A stretch of DNA of 64,000 nt from Eledone cirrhosa (GCA_964016885.1 OZ024759.1:30070001-30134000), one strand, 5' to 3'; shown: positions 42,144 through 55,625, numbered from the stretch's first letter. A program made the numbers and translations. The notes: generated by a model not told the origin, from the letters alone.

Positions 42144-42796
42144 TTAACATAATAATTTTTCTTACATTAAACGACAAAATCCCAGACCTAGTTCGCTTAC
42201 CGTGTGGGGTAGAACTCGTCAAATCTGACCAAGGATTGCTTTCCATTGCTGATATTATCTACCGGTCGCAACTCCTGGGTGTTGTATATATAATGTTGAT
42301 TATTTTAAAAACTAAAACGCTTTAATGTCCGAGATATTTTAATATTCAGTCCGTTTTGTTGCAGCCCCTATGATGCAACGAAGATTGAAATCTAAAACGT
42401 CGCTTCTTTTAACTGAAAACCAATGACACTATAATTTGTAGTGAACATTTCAACGGTTCTGTGTTTATATATAATATTAAATTATGCATAATTTAAGTTA
42501 AATGTGAAATGCTTAAAACGACATTGCACCAAGACAAAATCAAGAATATATAAAATTCAATAAAATATCGAAACCGATGAAGCATAATGAATGCAGAAAC
42601 AAGTTTGTCTGTAGATAAAGAAGAAATATATTCAAGTGTACGTTTACAGCATATGACTTACTTGTGAGAGAGAGAAATAACACAATATTGTTCCCATTTT
42701 CACTCACTTTTCTGTCTTACAGAATAAAAGAGCGAATCACATCGCTTTTATTTGAAAACAAAGAAATGGTTTAATGGAAAAGAAAATCAAAAAGCC

Positions 42797-44659
42797 ATGA
42801 AAAGGCAATTTTACTTTCGACTTTTCTGTATCTTTCTTGTAATAATGTTTGGCCTATTATACAGCAGGTGGTCCAGGCTGTCTATTAGAAGAACTTCTAA
42901 AATATCTTTCAAGTCTACAAACAGCTCTATTTCCAATAAGTACCCACCAGAAATGAGACCGGATAACTTACCAAAGGATGAGTTGGGAAATGTGGTTAAT
43001 GAATATCTAATTCATACAATTGGCTGTAAAATACCAGAAATTAATACATCTGATATAATGTTTAACATTCATCGCAAACCTTTTAAATGTCCTGGTCCAC
43101 CAAGGCTTACTGTAGTTAATGGTACAACGTTGTACGTAAATCAGTCAATTGAAAAGGTTTATTACTTGAACAAAATTAAACATTGTAAGAAATGGAATAT
43201 TAAACGATCTAATAACGACAAAAAAATAGTTTATGACGGTCCGATTGTCTTTCGTAAGGAAACGAAACTTGATGCAGAATTCTGTATGATAGAATGTGTA
43301 GGAGTGAACAATTTCGTGTTATACACAGATTTCCACAGTCGTATCATCAGTAGTGAAAACGTTGTGAAGAAATTACAATCTCAGTCTGCTAAAAAAAATG
43401 AAGATACACCACTTAGTATCCTTCTATTTGGAATTGATTCAACATCTCGCAATAGCTTCTCTCGACAGTTCCCTCGTTTAGAGAAGTTCTTTCTAGAAAA
43501 CCTTAACGCATATTCATTTCCTGGATTAACAAGAGTCGGAAAAAATACTCTACCTAATATGATCCCAATGTTAACTGGAAAATATTTGAATGAAATTGGA
43601 ATAAATCACAAGAATGTTTTTGACTCGGTAGACTTAATCTGGAAAAATTACAGTTCTCAAAACGCTATAACGTTTTTGGCAGAGGACCGTCCGCGAACAG
43701 GTGCCTTTAATTTTTATCGCCCGGGCTTTCTAAAACCACCGACTGATTTTTATATTCGACCTTTGACACTCGCGATAGCCAAAAAGAAAAGTCATGAAAA
43801 TTTCTGTGTGGGTTCTGTTAGTGAATCAGAACATGTTCTACAATATACAAGACAGTTTCTAAAACGCTACGAGTTATCGTTCTATTTCGCCTTTATTTTT
43901 TTAACAGACTGGTCACATGATGATTTGAACGGATCAGCTAAATGGGAGGATAAGCTTTTGGATTTTTTTCAGTGGCTTTCGCGATCGAATATACTCAACA
44001 ATACTTTAGTGTTTTTCTTTGGGGATCACGGTTTTCGAATAGGGGGGTATCGAACATCCCTTCCAGGAAGTCACGAAGTAAACTTACCTTTTTCATTTCT
44101 CATTCTCCCAGAATGGATGAAGATTAAACATAAATCAAAAGCCGATTCTCTCGTAGTAAACCAAAATCGACTGGTAACATTTTTCGATGTTCACGCCACT
44201 CTCTCTGACAATTTGAACGTAAGTCCTCGAATAATGAAGGCTGAAAGAGGTACCAGTCTTATGTCACCGATTCCAAGTAACAGAACATGTAAGTCAGCAG
44301 GAATTCCGGCTGGATATTGTGAGTGTTTTTCATCGAGAGAATATCTAAGTGTAAAGGATGGGAAGGTGGTCCAAGCAGCCACGACTGTTGTGAAATCATT
44401 AAATAAACGTTTACAAAGATACAAGGCGAAACATTGCGCCAATATGACATTGAAAAAGACAATACGTGCTTTTAAACATGGTGTTCGATATTCTGTGACG
44501 TTACAGGTGTCTCCAAGTAAAGGTATCTTCCAATCTCTTGTAATGAATAGGGAGGGAAAGTTCGAAATAGTCGGAGAAATTCTTAGAATCAACAGATATG
44601 GTAATCAGTCTCATTGTGTGAAACATCCTCGTCTGATACCAGTTTGTTTCTGTGTATGA
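42797..44659 (+). CDS. DUF229-family (alkaline phosphatase/sulfatase superfamily) type II membrane protein, copy 1, 620 aa
   Basis: GCCATG start, N-terminal TM helix, CKIP, ILLFGIDSTSR, GKNTLPN, EDxP, SHDD, GDHG, NRLVTFFDVHATL, RTC..AGIP..YCEC, RINRYGNQSHCV..CFC. Acceptor TTACAG at 42722. Confidence 0.9.
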   Translation: MKRQFYFRLFCIFLVIMFGLLYSRWSRLSIRRTSKISFKSTNSSISNKYPPEMRPDNLPKDELGNVVNEYLIHTIGCKIPEINTSDIMFNIHRKPFKCPGPPRLTVVNGTTLYVNQSIEKVYYLNKIKHCKKWNIKRSNNDKKIVYDGPIVFRKETKLDAEFCMIECVGVNNFVLYTDFHSRIISSENVVKKLQSQSAKKNEDTPLSILLFGIDSTSRNSFSRQFPRLEKFFLENLNAYSFPGLTRVGKNTLPNMIPMLTGKYLNEIGINHKNVFDSVDLIWKNYSSQNAITFLAEDRPRTGAFNFYRPGFLKPPTDFYIRPLTLAIAKKKSHENFCVGSVSESEHVLQYTRQFLKRYELSFYFAFIFLTDWSHDDLNGSAKWEDKLLDFFQWLSRSNILNNTLVFFFGDHGFRIGGYRTSLPGSHEVNLPFSFLILPEWMKIKHKSKADSLVVNQNRLVTFFDVHATLSDNLNVSPRIMKAERGTSLMSPIPSNRTCKSAGIPAGYCECFSSREYLSVKDGKVVQAATTVVKSLNKRLQRYKAKHCANMTLKKTIRAFKHGVRYSVTLQVSPSKGIFQSLVMNREGKFEIVGEILRINRYGNQSHCVKHPRLIPVCFCV

Positions 44660-45376
44660 AATATTGATATCTATGTAGTAAAATTAGCAGTGGTAGTCGC
44701 AGTAATAACATCAGTAGGAGAATTTGTAGAAGCAGAAACAGCAGCAATAGCAGTAACAGCAACAGCGGATTACCAGCAGCAGTACTAGCGGTATTGGTAT
44801 GTGAGCCTAAACTTGACACAAAGTATCGTAATGGAAAAGAATATTGTACTCTCAGTCGCCCGACGTCATATAAGGCCTTCATAAATTCAAGCCTGATAAA
44901 CACCTTGGAGAACGTAAAGGTTAATAAGTCCAACACAGGTATACAGTTGGCTTTCAGGAGGGCTTTGGAATGAATGCATTCCAACCTGAATGTCTATAAA
45001 CTGGGCACTTTATGACTTTTCTAACACCGTCAAATTTCATTTTATCTACACACCAGGTTTCTAAAACCTTCACTGAGAGGAAACACGAGAGGAAAATATA
45101 ACGAAAAAAAATCAAAAATGAAAGTTTTAATAAGCTATATCGGGGGAAACCATGTAGTGCAAAAACTAATTACGTAGTCATGACTAATACTGAAAAAGGC
45201 ACCTATATATATATTTTTTTAATTGATAATATATTTTGTATGAACATATATTGTGTTCTGCATTATAAACGTGCATGTATATAATAAAATTTAGGGTCAT
45301 CTTTCAACTTTATTATTATTTTTCTTATATAACCTGATTTGTAGAGTTCTTTAATATTCGCAGCATTTTAATTTCG

Positions 45377-45413
<37 letters not shown>

Positions 45414-45416
<3 letters not shown>

Positions 45417-46438
45417 GATATTAAACAAATGGAAACTATATTTATAAAACCATATTTATTTCATTATACATATTTCAGGGATACCATATTAAAAATATGG
45501 CATGCCTTCTTCAGATAAAATACAATATATAAGCAGTTTTATAAATAAATTTGACGTACCATAAAATATTGATCAACTTCCATTTAAAAAGTTGGTTTGG
45601 TAGTGAAAATGTTTGTAAATATTTAGTGTTAAGCACAGTTAGAAAGAAAGACGGAGAGAAGGAATAAATGTATGTATGGTCATTATTTTTCACACATTAT
45701 ATATCTATGTCTCATTCATGAATATTGATATTTACATTATAATACCCAATTCATATGAATTGATAATTCAAATTGATAGGACATAACGTAACGTTGTAAA
45801 TCTGTCATCCTTCTCTCTAGATATAGCTCTTTCTTCTCCTCCCTCTATACATGATGTAATTTAAGTATCGCTGTTTTCTCTTTAGTTATTTTTTATTTCT
45901 CTCCGTCTCCTTAACACTATAACTAAATAAATAAATAAATAAATAATTACAGTACTCCCTCCCTCCTAAATCTCTCAATTTGTATGATGAATTATTATTA
46001 TTATTCATCTGTTGCCTCAGCTGCCTCTCATTTTTCACCTCCTCACTATTTCTCTCTCCCATATCTCTCTCTATCTCTCTCTGTTTTTCTTTACATACAT
46101 TTATTCCTTCTCTCCGTCTTTCTTTCTAACTGTGCTTAACACTAAATATTTACAAACATTTTCACTACCAAACCAACTTTTTAAATGGAAGTTGATCAAT
46201 ATTTTATGGTACGTCAAATTTATTTATAAAACTGCTTATATATTGTATTTTATCTGAAGAAGGCATGCCATATTTTTAATATGGTATCCCTGAAATATGT
46301 ATAATGAAATAAATATGGTTTTATAAATATAGTTTCCATTTGTTTAATATCGTATATCTACTCCAAAACTTGTTGAGTGCTTTATATCAGTTATAAAATA
46401 TTTACTCGTTGTAACCCAACAATTTTAAATAAAACTTT

Positions 46439-46441
<3 letters not shown>
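45414..46441. mobile_element. Family H1 element: inverted pLTR (45414-45676), spacer, direct pLTR with tail (46092-46441); HHRs at 45458-45522 (-) and 46247-46310 (+)
   Basis: About 262-bp apparently identical inverted repeat (the ORF track gives the same peptide on both strands). CTGAAGA-AGG c ATGCCA..TGGTAT c CCT-GAAA-TATGTA-TA. Confidence 0.85.
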
Positions 46442-46521
<80 letters not shown>

Positions 46522-47354
46522 CACGATAAATTAACGGAGCCATAGACTCTGGCCATTCCCTGCCATTAATGTGCTCAAAGGAGAAGGAATCCCGAGCCCC
46601 TTATAATACAATATGTAGAGAAGATAACACACCAGAGAGAGAGATGGTGCCAAAAATAGAAACAATTATATTTGTAATAAATCACTTCCTAAAATTCCTA
46701 TAAATTTGTCATTCGTTTCAAAGTAAGTGAATTTGCAATTTTTGCCGATTTCATAGAATGAATCTTATCTCCAGTTAAAAAATGTGTTCGATGAGTCATA
46801 TATATATATATACACACACATAGACTTCTTAGGAGTACTCACGTAATACCCAGGCTCTTTTACGTTAATTTCCTGCGTAGGCCGTTCTATTGATCGACTC
46901 GATGCCAGGACACTTGCTTTCGTTGGTGATGGTAGAACACCAACCCCCCTCCACAAACACACGCACACTCACAAACCCTCACAAATTCAAACACATTCAC
47001 ATATTAAGAATGTTGTAGATTGTGGATTCAAGTTATAGATTGAAATATTTCATGATAGAAAAAAAAGTTAATATGGCTATTAGTTTGACTATTAATGTTT
47101 TATGTTTATATTCCAGCTGCAGCCATTTATGGATTTGATATATGTTAAACAGCTGAGGAGGCAAAGAATATTTATATAGTTAGGGACAGATGGTTGTACT
47201 GAACTGAATAAACGAATTACATATACGAGTTGTACATGGACACACACAAACACACACACACATACACATGTATGTATATATAAACAAGCGTGTAAGTCAA
47301 TAGGTTAAAATTAACGTAGTTTATTCATAAAATTAACGTAGTTTATTCATATTC

Positions 47355-47413
47355 GCTGTTATATATATTTCGGTGATAACTATTATGCAACAGCTATGAC
47401 CTCATCAGACAGC
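47355..47413 (-). ncRNA. Type I hammerhead with long stem II
   Basis: Minus: GCTGT-CTGATGA-GGT c ATAGCTGTT gcat AATAGTTAT c ACC-GAAA-TATATA-TA|ACAGC. Confidence 0.88.
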
Positions 47414-47671
47414 TAGAATTTGAACAGAAAAACATAATGATGGAATAAAGCTTACTTCTGTTATTTCGATTTTTTATATGCTCAGTGCTGAAGTGTTTAC
47501 CTGTGCCATTTTAACCTAAATTCATACACACATATGTACCCTTTAGAAAAATGAAAGTAAAAATAACATATACGTGGTATTTACTTACCTCAGTTTGTAT
47601 TGATGTTTAAGGTTGAAAGGAATTAGGCTGGAGATAGCTTGTCATATACATATATATATATATGTGTGTGT

Positions 47672-47737
<66 letters not shown>

Positions 47738-47748
47738 TGCGTGCGTGC

Positions 47749-47799
<51 letters not shown>

Positions 47800-48009
47800 C
47801 GCGTGCGCGCGTGTGCGTGTGTGGTTATATTTAGGGAGGGTCATATTGTTATAATATTGCCAGCAATAATAATAGAACACACTCACTGATTTGTTGCGAT
47901 TGGCTTTCGCTTCTGTATCTTTTATATCTCCATAGTCAATTTATCTGGCAGTCAATGTTTATCATTGATTGACCAACGGTTAAAAATACAGATATAAATA
48001 TATATATAT

Positions 48010-48349
48010 ACGATATATTAACAAATGGAAATTATATTTATAAAACCATATTTATTTCATTATACATATTTCAAGGACACCAAGTTAAATTATGGTGTGC
48101 TTTCATCAGATAATATATAATATAGATCAGTTTTATAAATAAATATTGACATACCCTTAAAGAATGCGACCATTTCTGTTAATTTAACTTGGTGTCCTTG
48201 AAATATGTATAATGAAATAAATATGGTTTTATAAATATAATTTCCATTTGTTAATATATCGTATTTTTATTCCAATAATTTGTTGAGTGCTTTATATCAG
48301 TTATAAAAATATTTGCTTGTTGTATCCCAACAATTTAAATAGAACTTCT

Positions 48350-48350
<1 letters not shown>
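48010..48350. mobile_element. Family H1 element: inverted pLTR with HHR (48054-48116, -) joined to a truncated direct copy with tail
   Basis: 48012-48180 is the reverse complement of 31300-31470. 48181-48350 restarts inside the stem II loop in the forward orientation. Confidence 0.8.
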
Positions 48351-48389
<39 letters not shown>

Positions 48390-48674
48390 TATCAAAGTTC
48401 TTTCGTCACATATCGGTGACATCATCAGTGGTACTATTATGTTTCCTCTTGTTGTATTGTAATACCTACGCCATTTTATTCAATTATATATATATATATA
48501 TATATATGAATTTAGGTAAAAATGGTACAGGTGATAATAGCACGGTAAAAATGGCACCTGTAAAATGGCACAAGTGGAAAAATATATACACTCACATATT
48601 TATAATAGATACAGACACATGCCATTAAACATACATACATGTCCAAATACCAACCCACCCGCACATACACACAT

Positions 48675-48736
<62 letters not shown>

Positions 48737-48773
48737 GTGTGTGTGTGTGTGTGTGTGTAGATATAATTATAGT

Positions 48774-48964
48774 TTTTTCTACTTTTGGCACAAGGCCAGC
48801 GATTACCCCAGTGCATCACTGGTACTTTATTTTATCGACCTCGTAAGGCTGAAAGGCAAAGAAGTTAACCTCGGCGGATTTGAACTCAGAACGCAAAGGG
48901 CCATAACTCTATGCTGCAAAGTATGGTGTCTGACGCTCTACCTATACTGCCAAACCACCGCCCT
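48774..48964 (-). mobile_element. SINE family A
   Basis: 17-bp TSD GTAGATATAATTATAGT (48757-48773, 48969-48985). Confidence 0.85.
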
Positions 48965-49015
48965 AGATGTAGATATAATTATAGTGGAATACAGACAGAT
49001 TGACATATAGATATG

Positions 49016-50000
49016 TTTCTTTATTAGCCACAGGGGCACAAAAGAAGGGTACAAATACAAAGGGGGAAGTTTATATACAATAAAAACGTTTAAAATACTA
49101 TCACAAATGAAATTTAAAAATTAATCGATTTTCCCCAATAGGTGGAGACATTTCATATGGGTAACACATACCCCCGAAAAAAATGTGCAATCCTCATCTC
49201 CAGGAGTACGAAGAGTTTGTACCCCTTTCCGCTCTTCCCCTTTTTCCTCAACCTACAGGTTGATATAGAGAGAAGGCCCATTCACTCGGGCCATTCTCGC
49301 CCCTTTCACCCACCTTTCATAAAACTTGCTGGGGTACAGCACCTCTCTCTCCATCCTAATTCTTCTTCCAAAGTGGTATTTGAAAAAAAGAATCAGTTGT
49401 TGGCCGGAGAGAAAGGTGTCTGACCTCAGCCCTTTTAACCTCGTGCCCCATACAACCTCTTTCGCCATAGCTACCACACAAAGGAAAACCGCCTCTCCTT
49501 CGTTTTTGAAGGAGGGTGGCGGTTTGATCATGACAATGGACTCGGTAGTCAACCGGATTGGTCCCAACCGCGACAATAGTCGTTCTACATAGCCCCACCG
49601 GTCGGTAACGCCCGGGAAGTGTATGAATGCGTGCGCGACGGTTTCTTCGTCTCGCACGCATCTTGGACAGATCTTTTTCGAAGGGTCCCTGCCCGGGCGC
49701 CCATGTCTGTAGAGCTTGTCTTGAACTGGTAGAGCTACTCGGTTGCACTGCTAGGCCAGGGACTTTTGGGAGTGGTCCATCGGTCCCGGGCGGAAGGTCC
49801 TACCGAACAGACTGGCCAGTTCGTCTTCCTCTACGCCTAGAGTTTCTCCGAGCGCGTCGTGGCACTTGCTGCGGATCAAACCTCTATAGAATGACTAAGT
49901 GGAGTCTTTACTGATCGCCGGGTCCGACTGCCAGAGGGCTGTGAGCGGCTGAGCACATTCAATGTGCCAGTCACCCATTTTCCTCGGTCTTTGCTTGACC
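49016..50000 (-). mobile_element. Second 5'-truncated L1/Tx1-clade LINE, frameshifted
   Basis: Peptide EETVAHAFIHFPG..IKPPPSFKNEGEAVFLCVVAMAKEVVW matches the 37.6-38.7 kb copy. Same AATAAAGAAA end, TAGATAGATAGA flank. Confidence 0.85.
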
Positions 50001-50094
50001 TATATAGATAGATAGATCTTCAGATGTAAATAAAATACATCTAGAGGCGAAGTTTAAGTTCTTGGCGGTTGAATACTCAGAGCAAATATAGCAC

Positions 50095-50490
50095 ACAAAT
50101 GTGGTAAGGCCTCTGGGAAGGATTAAATTCGACCCGAAATATTAAAACTTTAAATGAAGAAGTTTTCTGGCTGATTCATGAGGGCTGGGTGGCCTGGGTG
50201 TCTGAAAAGGCACTACAGCAATGGCAATCGGGAGTGATAATCCTAATTTTCAAAAAAAAAGACGAGAGATATTGCTTCAGTTATAAAGGAATCCCCTTGT
50301 TGAGCCTCTCCAGTAAATATATGCCATGTGTCTGGTAAAGAGATGGAGGTATATTGTTGAATCGATGTTAGCTGATGAACCAAATAGTCACATTGCCGTG
50401 GGTCTTTGAGAAATCGTAGGGGCATTCACAAGAGATGTATCCTTGTTTCGTAGATCTCAAGATCTCAAAATGGCATACGGCCGCGTAACC
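50095..50490 (+). mobile_element. Decayed RTE-clade RT fragment
   Basis: GKASGKD..IRPEILK..WQSGVIILIFKKKDERYCFSYKGIPLLS. Part is duplicated at 54011-54241. Confidence 0.65.
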
Positions 50491-50557
50491 CTTTACCATT
50501 TACATTACTCTATATTTAATAATATATTTTCATGGTAAAGTCTTTATCTCATTCAAT

Positions 50558-50618
50558 GTAGTAGTATTAGTAGTAGTAGCAGCATTAGTAGTAGTAGTAG
50601 TAGTAGTAGTAGCAGCAT

Positions 50619-50654
<36 letters not shown>

Positions 50655-50660
50655 CAGCAT

Positions 50661-50731
<71 letters not shown>
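50558..50731. repeat. (TAG)n microsatellite
   Basis: Read directly. Confidence 0.9.
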
Positions 50732-51095
50732 ACAACAGACATTAACATGTCATACAACAAAAGAGACTCTTAAATCATTTTTATTAATTTTTAGTACATG
50801 TAAAATATTTATCTTACATTGTTCTAGAACTTTCTTAAATCTATCCAATAAGATATATAGTTGAGATATAAGAGAATAGCGAAGAGGTGTTGGGGGTTAT
50901 TTGGAAGTTGTACCATCTGGTAGGGCTAAATATTTTGATTGGCATGTTCTCAATAACTCGGGCCAAGTCACTGTTTTTTGAGAAGTCATCCCCCCCCCCC
51001 CCCGCGACGGGTCAACTATACACACACACACATATATACATATATATTTGTATCACGATAAATTAACGGAGCCATAGACTCTCGCTATTCCCTGT

Positions 51096-51131
<36 letters not shown>

Positions 51132-51474
51132 GTGTATATATTTTATATATATACACACACAAATATATATATATATACACAAATATATATATATATATAT
51201 TTGTGTGTATATATTTTATATATATATACACACACAAATATATATATATATACACAAATAGATCAGAGCAAACAGCACGGACACTCTATCTCAAAATTAT
51301 TTTTGAAAAGCATTTAGAAATGCGCAACCGGTGAAAACTTAAAAACTTAAAACCACAACTGAATACTAACCCATACAATCACTAATACTCTTTTATTCCT
51401 AATTAAACCATTTTTCAACTGTGAACAATTTGTCAGCATTTTCTATTCCGTTTACCAATATATATATATATATA

Positions 51475-52277
51475 TATTAAATTTAAAGGGTATATATATA
51501 CATATTAGACAAAGTCATAGATATATATATATGTTTTTGGCAACCATTCACGGTGTGGCTCAATGAAGAATTAATCAAATAGTTAATAATCAGAGCAATA
51601 TATAAAAAAGTAAGTCCAAAGAATCACTAGATAAAATATATACAGTATTTCCTCTCCCAATCAGTATAAATCAACCACACAAAACATCATTTAAACGAGG
51701 CTATAGTTTAAAATGTGCTTATGAAGAAATAATAGACAAATGATATAGCTTCTTTTCCGCGACGTACAGCTACATGATATTTACCTAATATTCCTACCAG
51801 CCTGTAAATATTGACTAGACGTATAGTTAACTACACGGAATTAGGAACAAAATCGAAGTTAGAAGAAAAAATGTACATAAACTTTACCAGAATCTTCATA
51901 ATCTCTACCACCCGACGGTTTCGTTCCACTTTTTGGATATATCCGGTCTTGGATAAATCCACGAGGCTCGGAACTCATCAGGAGATACCTCAACTGGACT
52001 AAGATTTTTCTACCATGATCTCAGCCAGAAATGAATTCAAAAGGGCTAAGAACCATCACGTGACCAGTGGTCAAGGCAGAAAGTTTGTGATTGGTGCCTG
52101 TCGGCGAGTAGGCTGGTTGCTAGAAAGCGCAGCCGAATACTGCCTAAAGTTTTACTCAACCTTACGAGAGTATATATTAAATTTAAAGGGTATATATATA
52201 CAAATTAGACAGTCATAGATACATATATATGTTTTTGGCAATCATTCACGGTGTGGTTAAATGAAGAATTAATTAAA
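51475..52277 (-). mobile_element. About 800-bp retrozyme-like element with about 105-bp direct terminal repeats and an internal HHR (51911-51984)
   Basis: 51475-51580 is repeated at 52173-52277. Minus: CTC-CTGATGA-GTTCC-[insert]-GGAAC-GAAA-CC-GTC-GGG. Confidence 0.7.
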
Positions 52278-52290
52278 TATATATATATAT

Positions 52291-52389
<99 letters not shown>

Positions 52390-52595
52390 AATATATATAT
52401 ATATATAAATATATATATATATATTTCGTTTCTGAATTTGTTTAGCAAGATTCTTAATCTGAAAACGTGTGTTGAAACCGATATTGTTATGCTTTGGGAG
52501 GGTCATGTTGCCAATAAGAAACACACGCACCAGTTGCATTCACTCCAATTTATTATAAATTAAATTTTTAAATTTAAGAATTTATAAATTACTTG

Positions 52596-52672
<77 letters not shown>

Positions 52673-52923
52673 CATATATATAAATACATATATATATATA
52701 CGTACATACATATATATAAATATATATATACATACATATATATAAATATATATATACATACATATATATATATAAATATATATATACATACATATATATA
52801 AATATATATATATACATACATATATATAAATATATATATACATACATAAATATATATACATATATATATATATACATATATACATATATATATATACATG
52901 TATATATATATACATATATATAC

Positions 52924-52960
<37 letters not shown>

Positions 52961-53102
52961 CATACATATATATATATATATATACATACATACATATATA
53001 TATACATATATACATATATTTATACATACATACATATATATACATATATATATATACATATATACATATACATATATTTATACATACATACATACATATA
53101 TA

Positions 53103-53167
<65 letters not shown>

Positions 53168-53245
53168 CAAGTAATTTATAAATTCTTAAATTTATAAAAT
53201 TTAATTTATAATAAATTGAAGTGAAAGCAACTGGTGCGTATGTTT

Positions 53246-53319
<74 letters not shown>

Positions 53320-53833
53320 AAGATTGAAGAAAAACATGGTCAACAGTACAAAGAGGGCTGACCATCTTATTCTTCACTCTTTCACTATTATTACTCCAAG
53401 AATAACCTGCATGGGAATTCTCGCGAACTCGCTACCTAACTAAGGAAACATCTTGTTGTGTCCAACAACACCATACACTAAAACTATCCACAATACGGAG
53501 TACTCACAACCTCTAACTGGATCACCTATAACGATAACTTGTTATCCCATATATACATATGTTATATATATATATATATATATATGAAAAAGTATGACCC
53601 CGACGGCAGAGCTCAAGCCGTTTCGACGGCTATTTCTTATATATATATATAAATATATATATGTTATATATATATATATATAAATATATATATGTTATAT
53701 ATATATATAAATATATATATGTTATATATATATATATATATAAATATATATATGTTATATATATATATACAAATATATATGTTATATATATATACAAATA
53801 TATATGTTATATATATATATACAAATATATATG

Positions 53834-53874
<41 letters not shown>

Positions 53875-53882
53875 TATAAATA

Positions 53883-53913
<31 letters not shown>

Positions 53914-53916
53914 AAT

Positions 53917-53947
<31 letters not shown>

Positions 53948-54504
53948 AATATATATATATATAAATATATATATATATAAATATATATAAATATATATAT
54001 ATATATATAAATGCCATGTGTCTGGTAAAGAGATGGAGGTATATTGTTGAATCGATGTTAGCTGATGAACCAAATAGTCACATTGCCGTGGGTCTTTGAG
54101 AAATCGTAGGGGCATTCACAAGAGATGTATCCTTGTTTCGTAGATATCAAGATCTCAAAATGGCATACGGCCGCGTAACCCTTTACCATTTACATTACTC
54201 TATATTTAATAATATATTTTCATGGTAAAGTCTTTATCTCATATAAAATCGAAGCCATGAGCTCCCTTGTTTGATCCACCGACGTGGCATTTAGGGTATG
54301 TGTTTTTATCATAACCTCAAGTGGTCCCAAACCTTGTAAGATTTCCCAGAAAGGTCGGTTATTTAAAGATCCAGCAATTGTCACATATTCCTTCTCACTG
54401 CATCTCCCTTAGAATTATCTTAAGGAGACACGCATCAGTGGAGTACTCGGCCACTTGATATTAATTAAAGAATTCAACCTCCATTAATCTAACAACTAAC
54501 TAAA

Positions 54505-54703
54505 TGGCGGTGAATTGGCAGTATCGGTAGAGAGTCGGACACCATGCTTTCCAGCATAGTTACGTCCCTTTACGGTCTGAGTTCAAATCCCGCCGAGGTT
54601 GACTTTGCCTTTCATCCTTACGGGGTCGATAAAATAAAGTACCAGTAATGTACTGGATAATTGCTGGCCTTGTGCTGGCCTTGTGCCAAAAGTAGAAACA
54701 ATT
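54505..54703 (+). mobile_element. SINE family A inserted after the gene duplication
   Basis: TSD ATTAATCTAACAACTAA. Empty site at about 60478-60494. Confidence 0.85.
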
Positions 54704-55625
54704 AATCTAACAACTAAATTTTATCGTCGAGACCAACGGAGGACCCGTCATGTGAACTAAGTTATCCAATAGTAGCAGTTATACATAAAAGACGAGGTAG
54801 GAATTGCTTAATTTATATAAATGTATATACATTTAAGGTTCATCTAAACTTTTCAATCTATAGTTTCATAGAATACTAGTGGAATAAATAAGGGGCAGTA
54901 TCATGTGTGAGGCTACTCTCCCTCAATAAGATGGCATCACTGCATGCGACTACTGACACACAAAGAGATGGTATCACTGTCTAAGGCTACTGTCACTCAT
55001 AGACATGGCATGAGTACATGGGTCTAATGTCCTGCAAAGTGTCATCACTGCATGCTGACTTCATGAGCAAGCTGAGGAACTGACGGAGGCCCTTCCCAAT
55101 TCATTCCTAAGAGGGTCGTGGGAACATTAAAACTAAAACACTTTAATGTTCAACATATTTTAATATTCAGTCCGTTTTCTTGCAGTTCCTCTGATGCAAA
55201 GAAGATTGAAATATAAACTGAAAACCTATGAAGCTATAATTTGTATGTCAATGTTTTCTATGCTGAAAGTTCATATATAATATTAAATTATGGTATAATC
55301 TAAATGTTAAATGTAAAATTATTTAAAACCGACATTATTGAAAAACAAATAAAAGCAAACACAAGAATATGAAAAAAATTCAATAAAATATCAACAAAAT
55401 ATCTACTCAGATGAAGCATGAGAATGCAGAAACAAGCTTATCTGTCGATAAAGAAAAAATATATTTAAGTATACGTTTACAGCATATGACTTACTTTTGA
55501 GAGAGAGAAAGAACACAACATTGTTCCCATTTTCACTCGCTTTTCTGTCTTATATTTGACTGTTTTAAGCTTTTATTTGAAAAAAAAAAAAGAAATTGTT
55601 TAATAGAAACGAAAATCAAAAAGCC

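Noticed and set aside
42752-42796. TTG starts for DUF229 ORFs (42752, 55596)
   Set aside because: Eukaryotic gene. The conserved GCCATG at 42797/55626/62232 is the shared start.
44191-44592. Antisense ORFs within DUF229 genes (also 57017-57288, 63623-63894)
   Set aside because: Shadow frames. Their recurrence only reflects the gene duplication.
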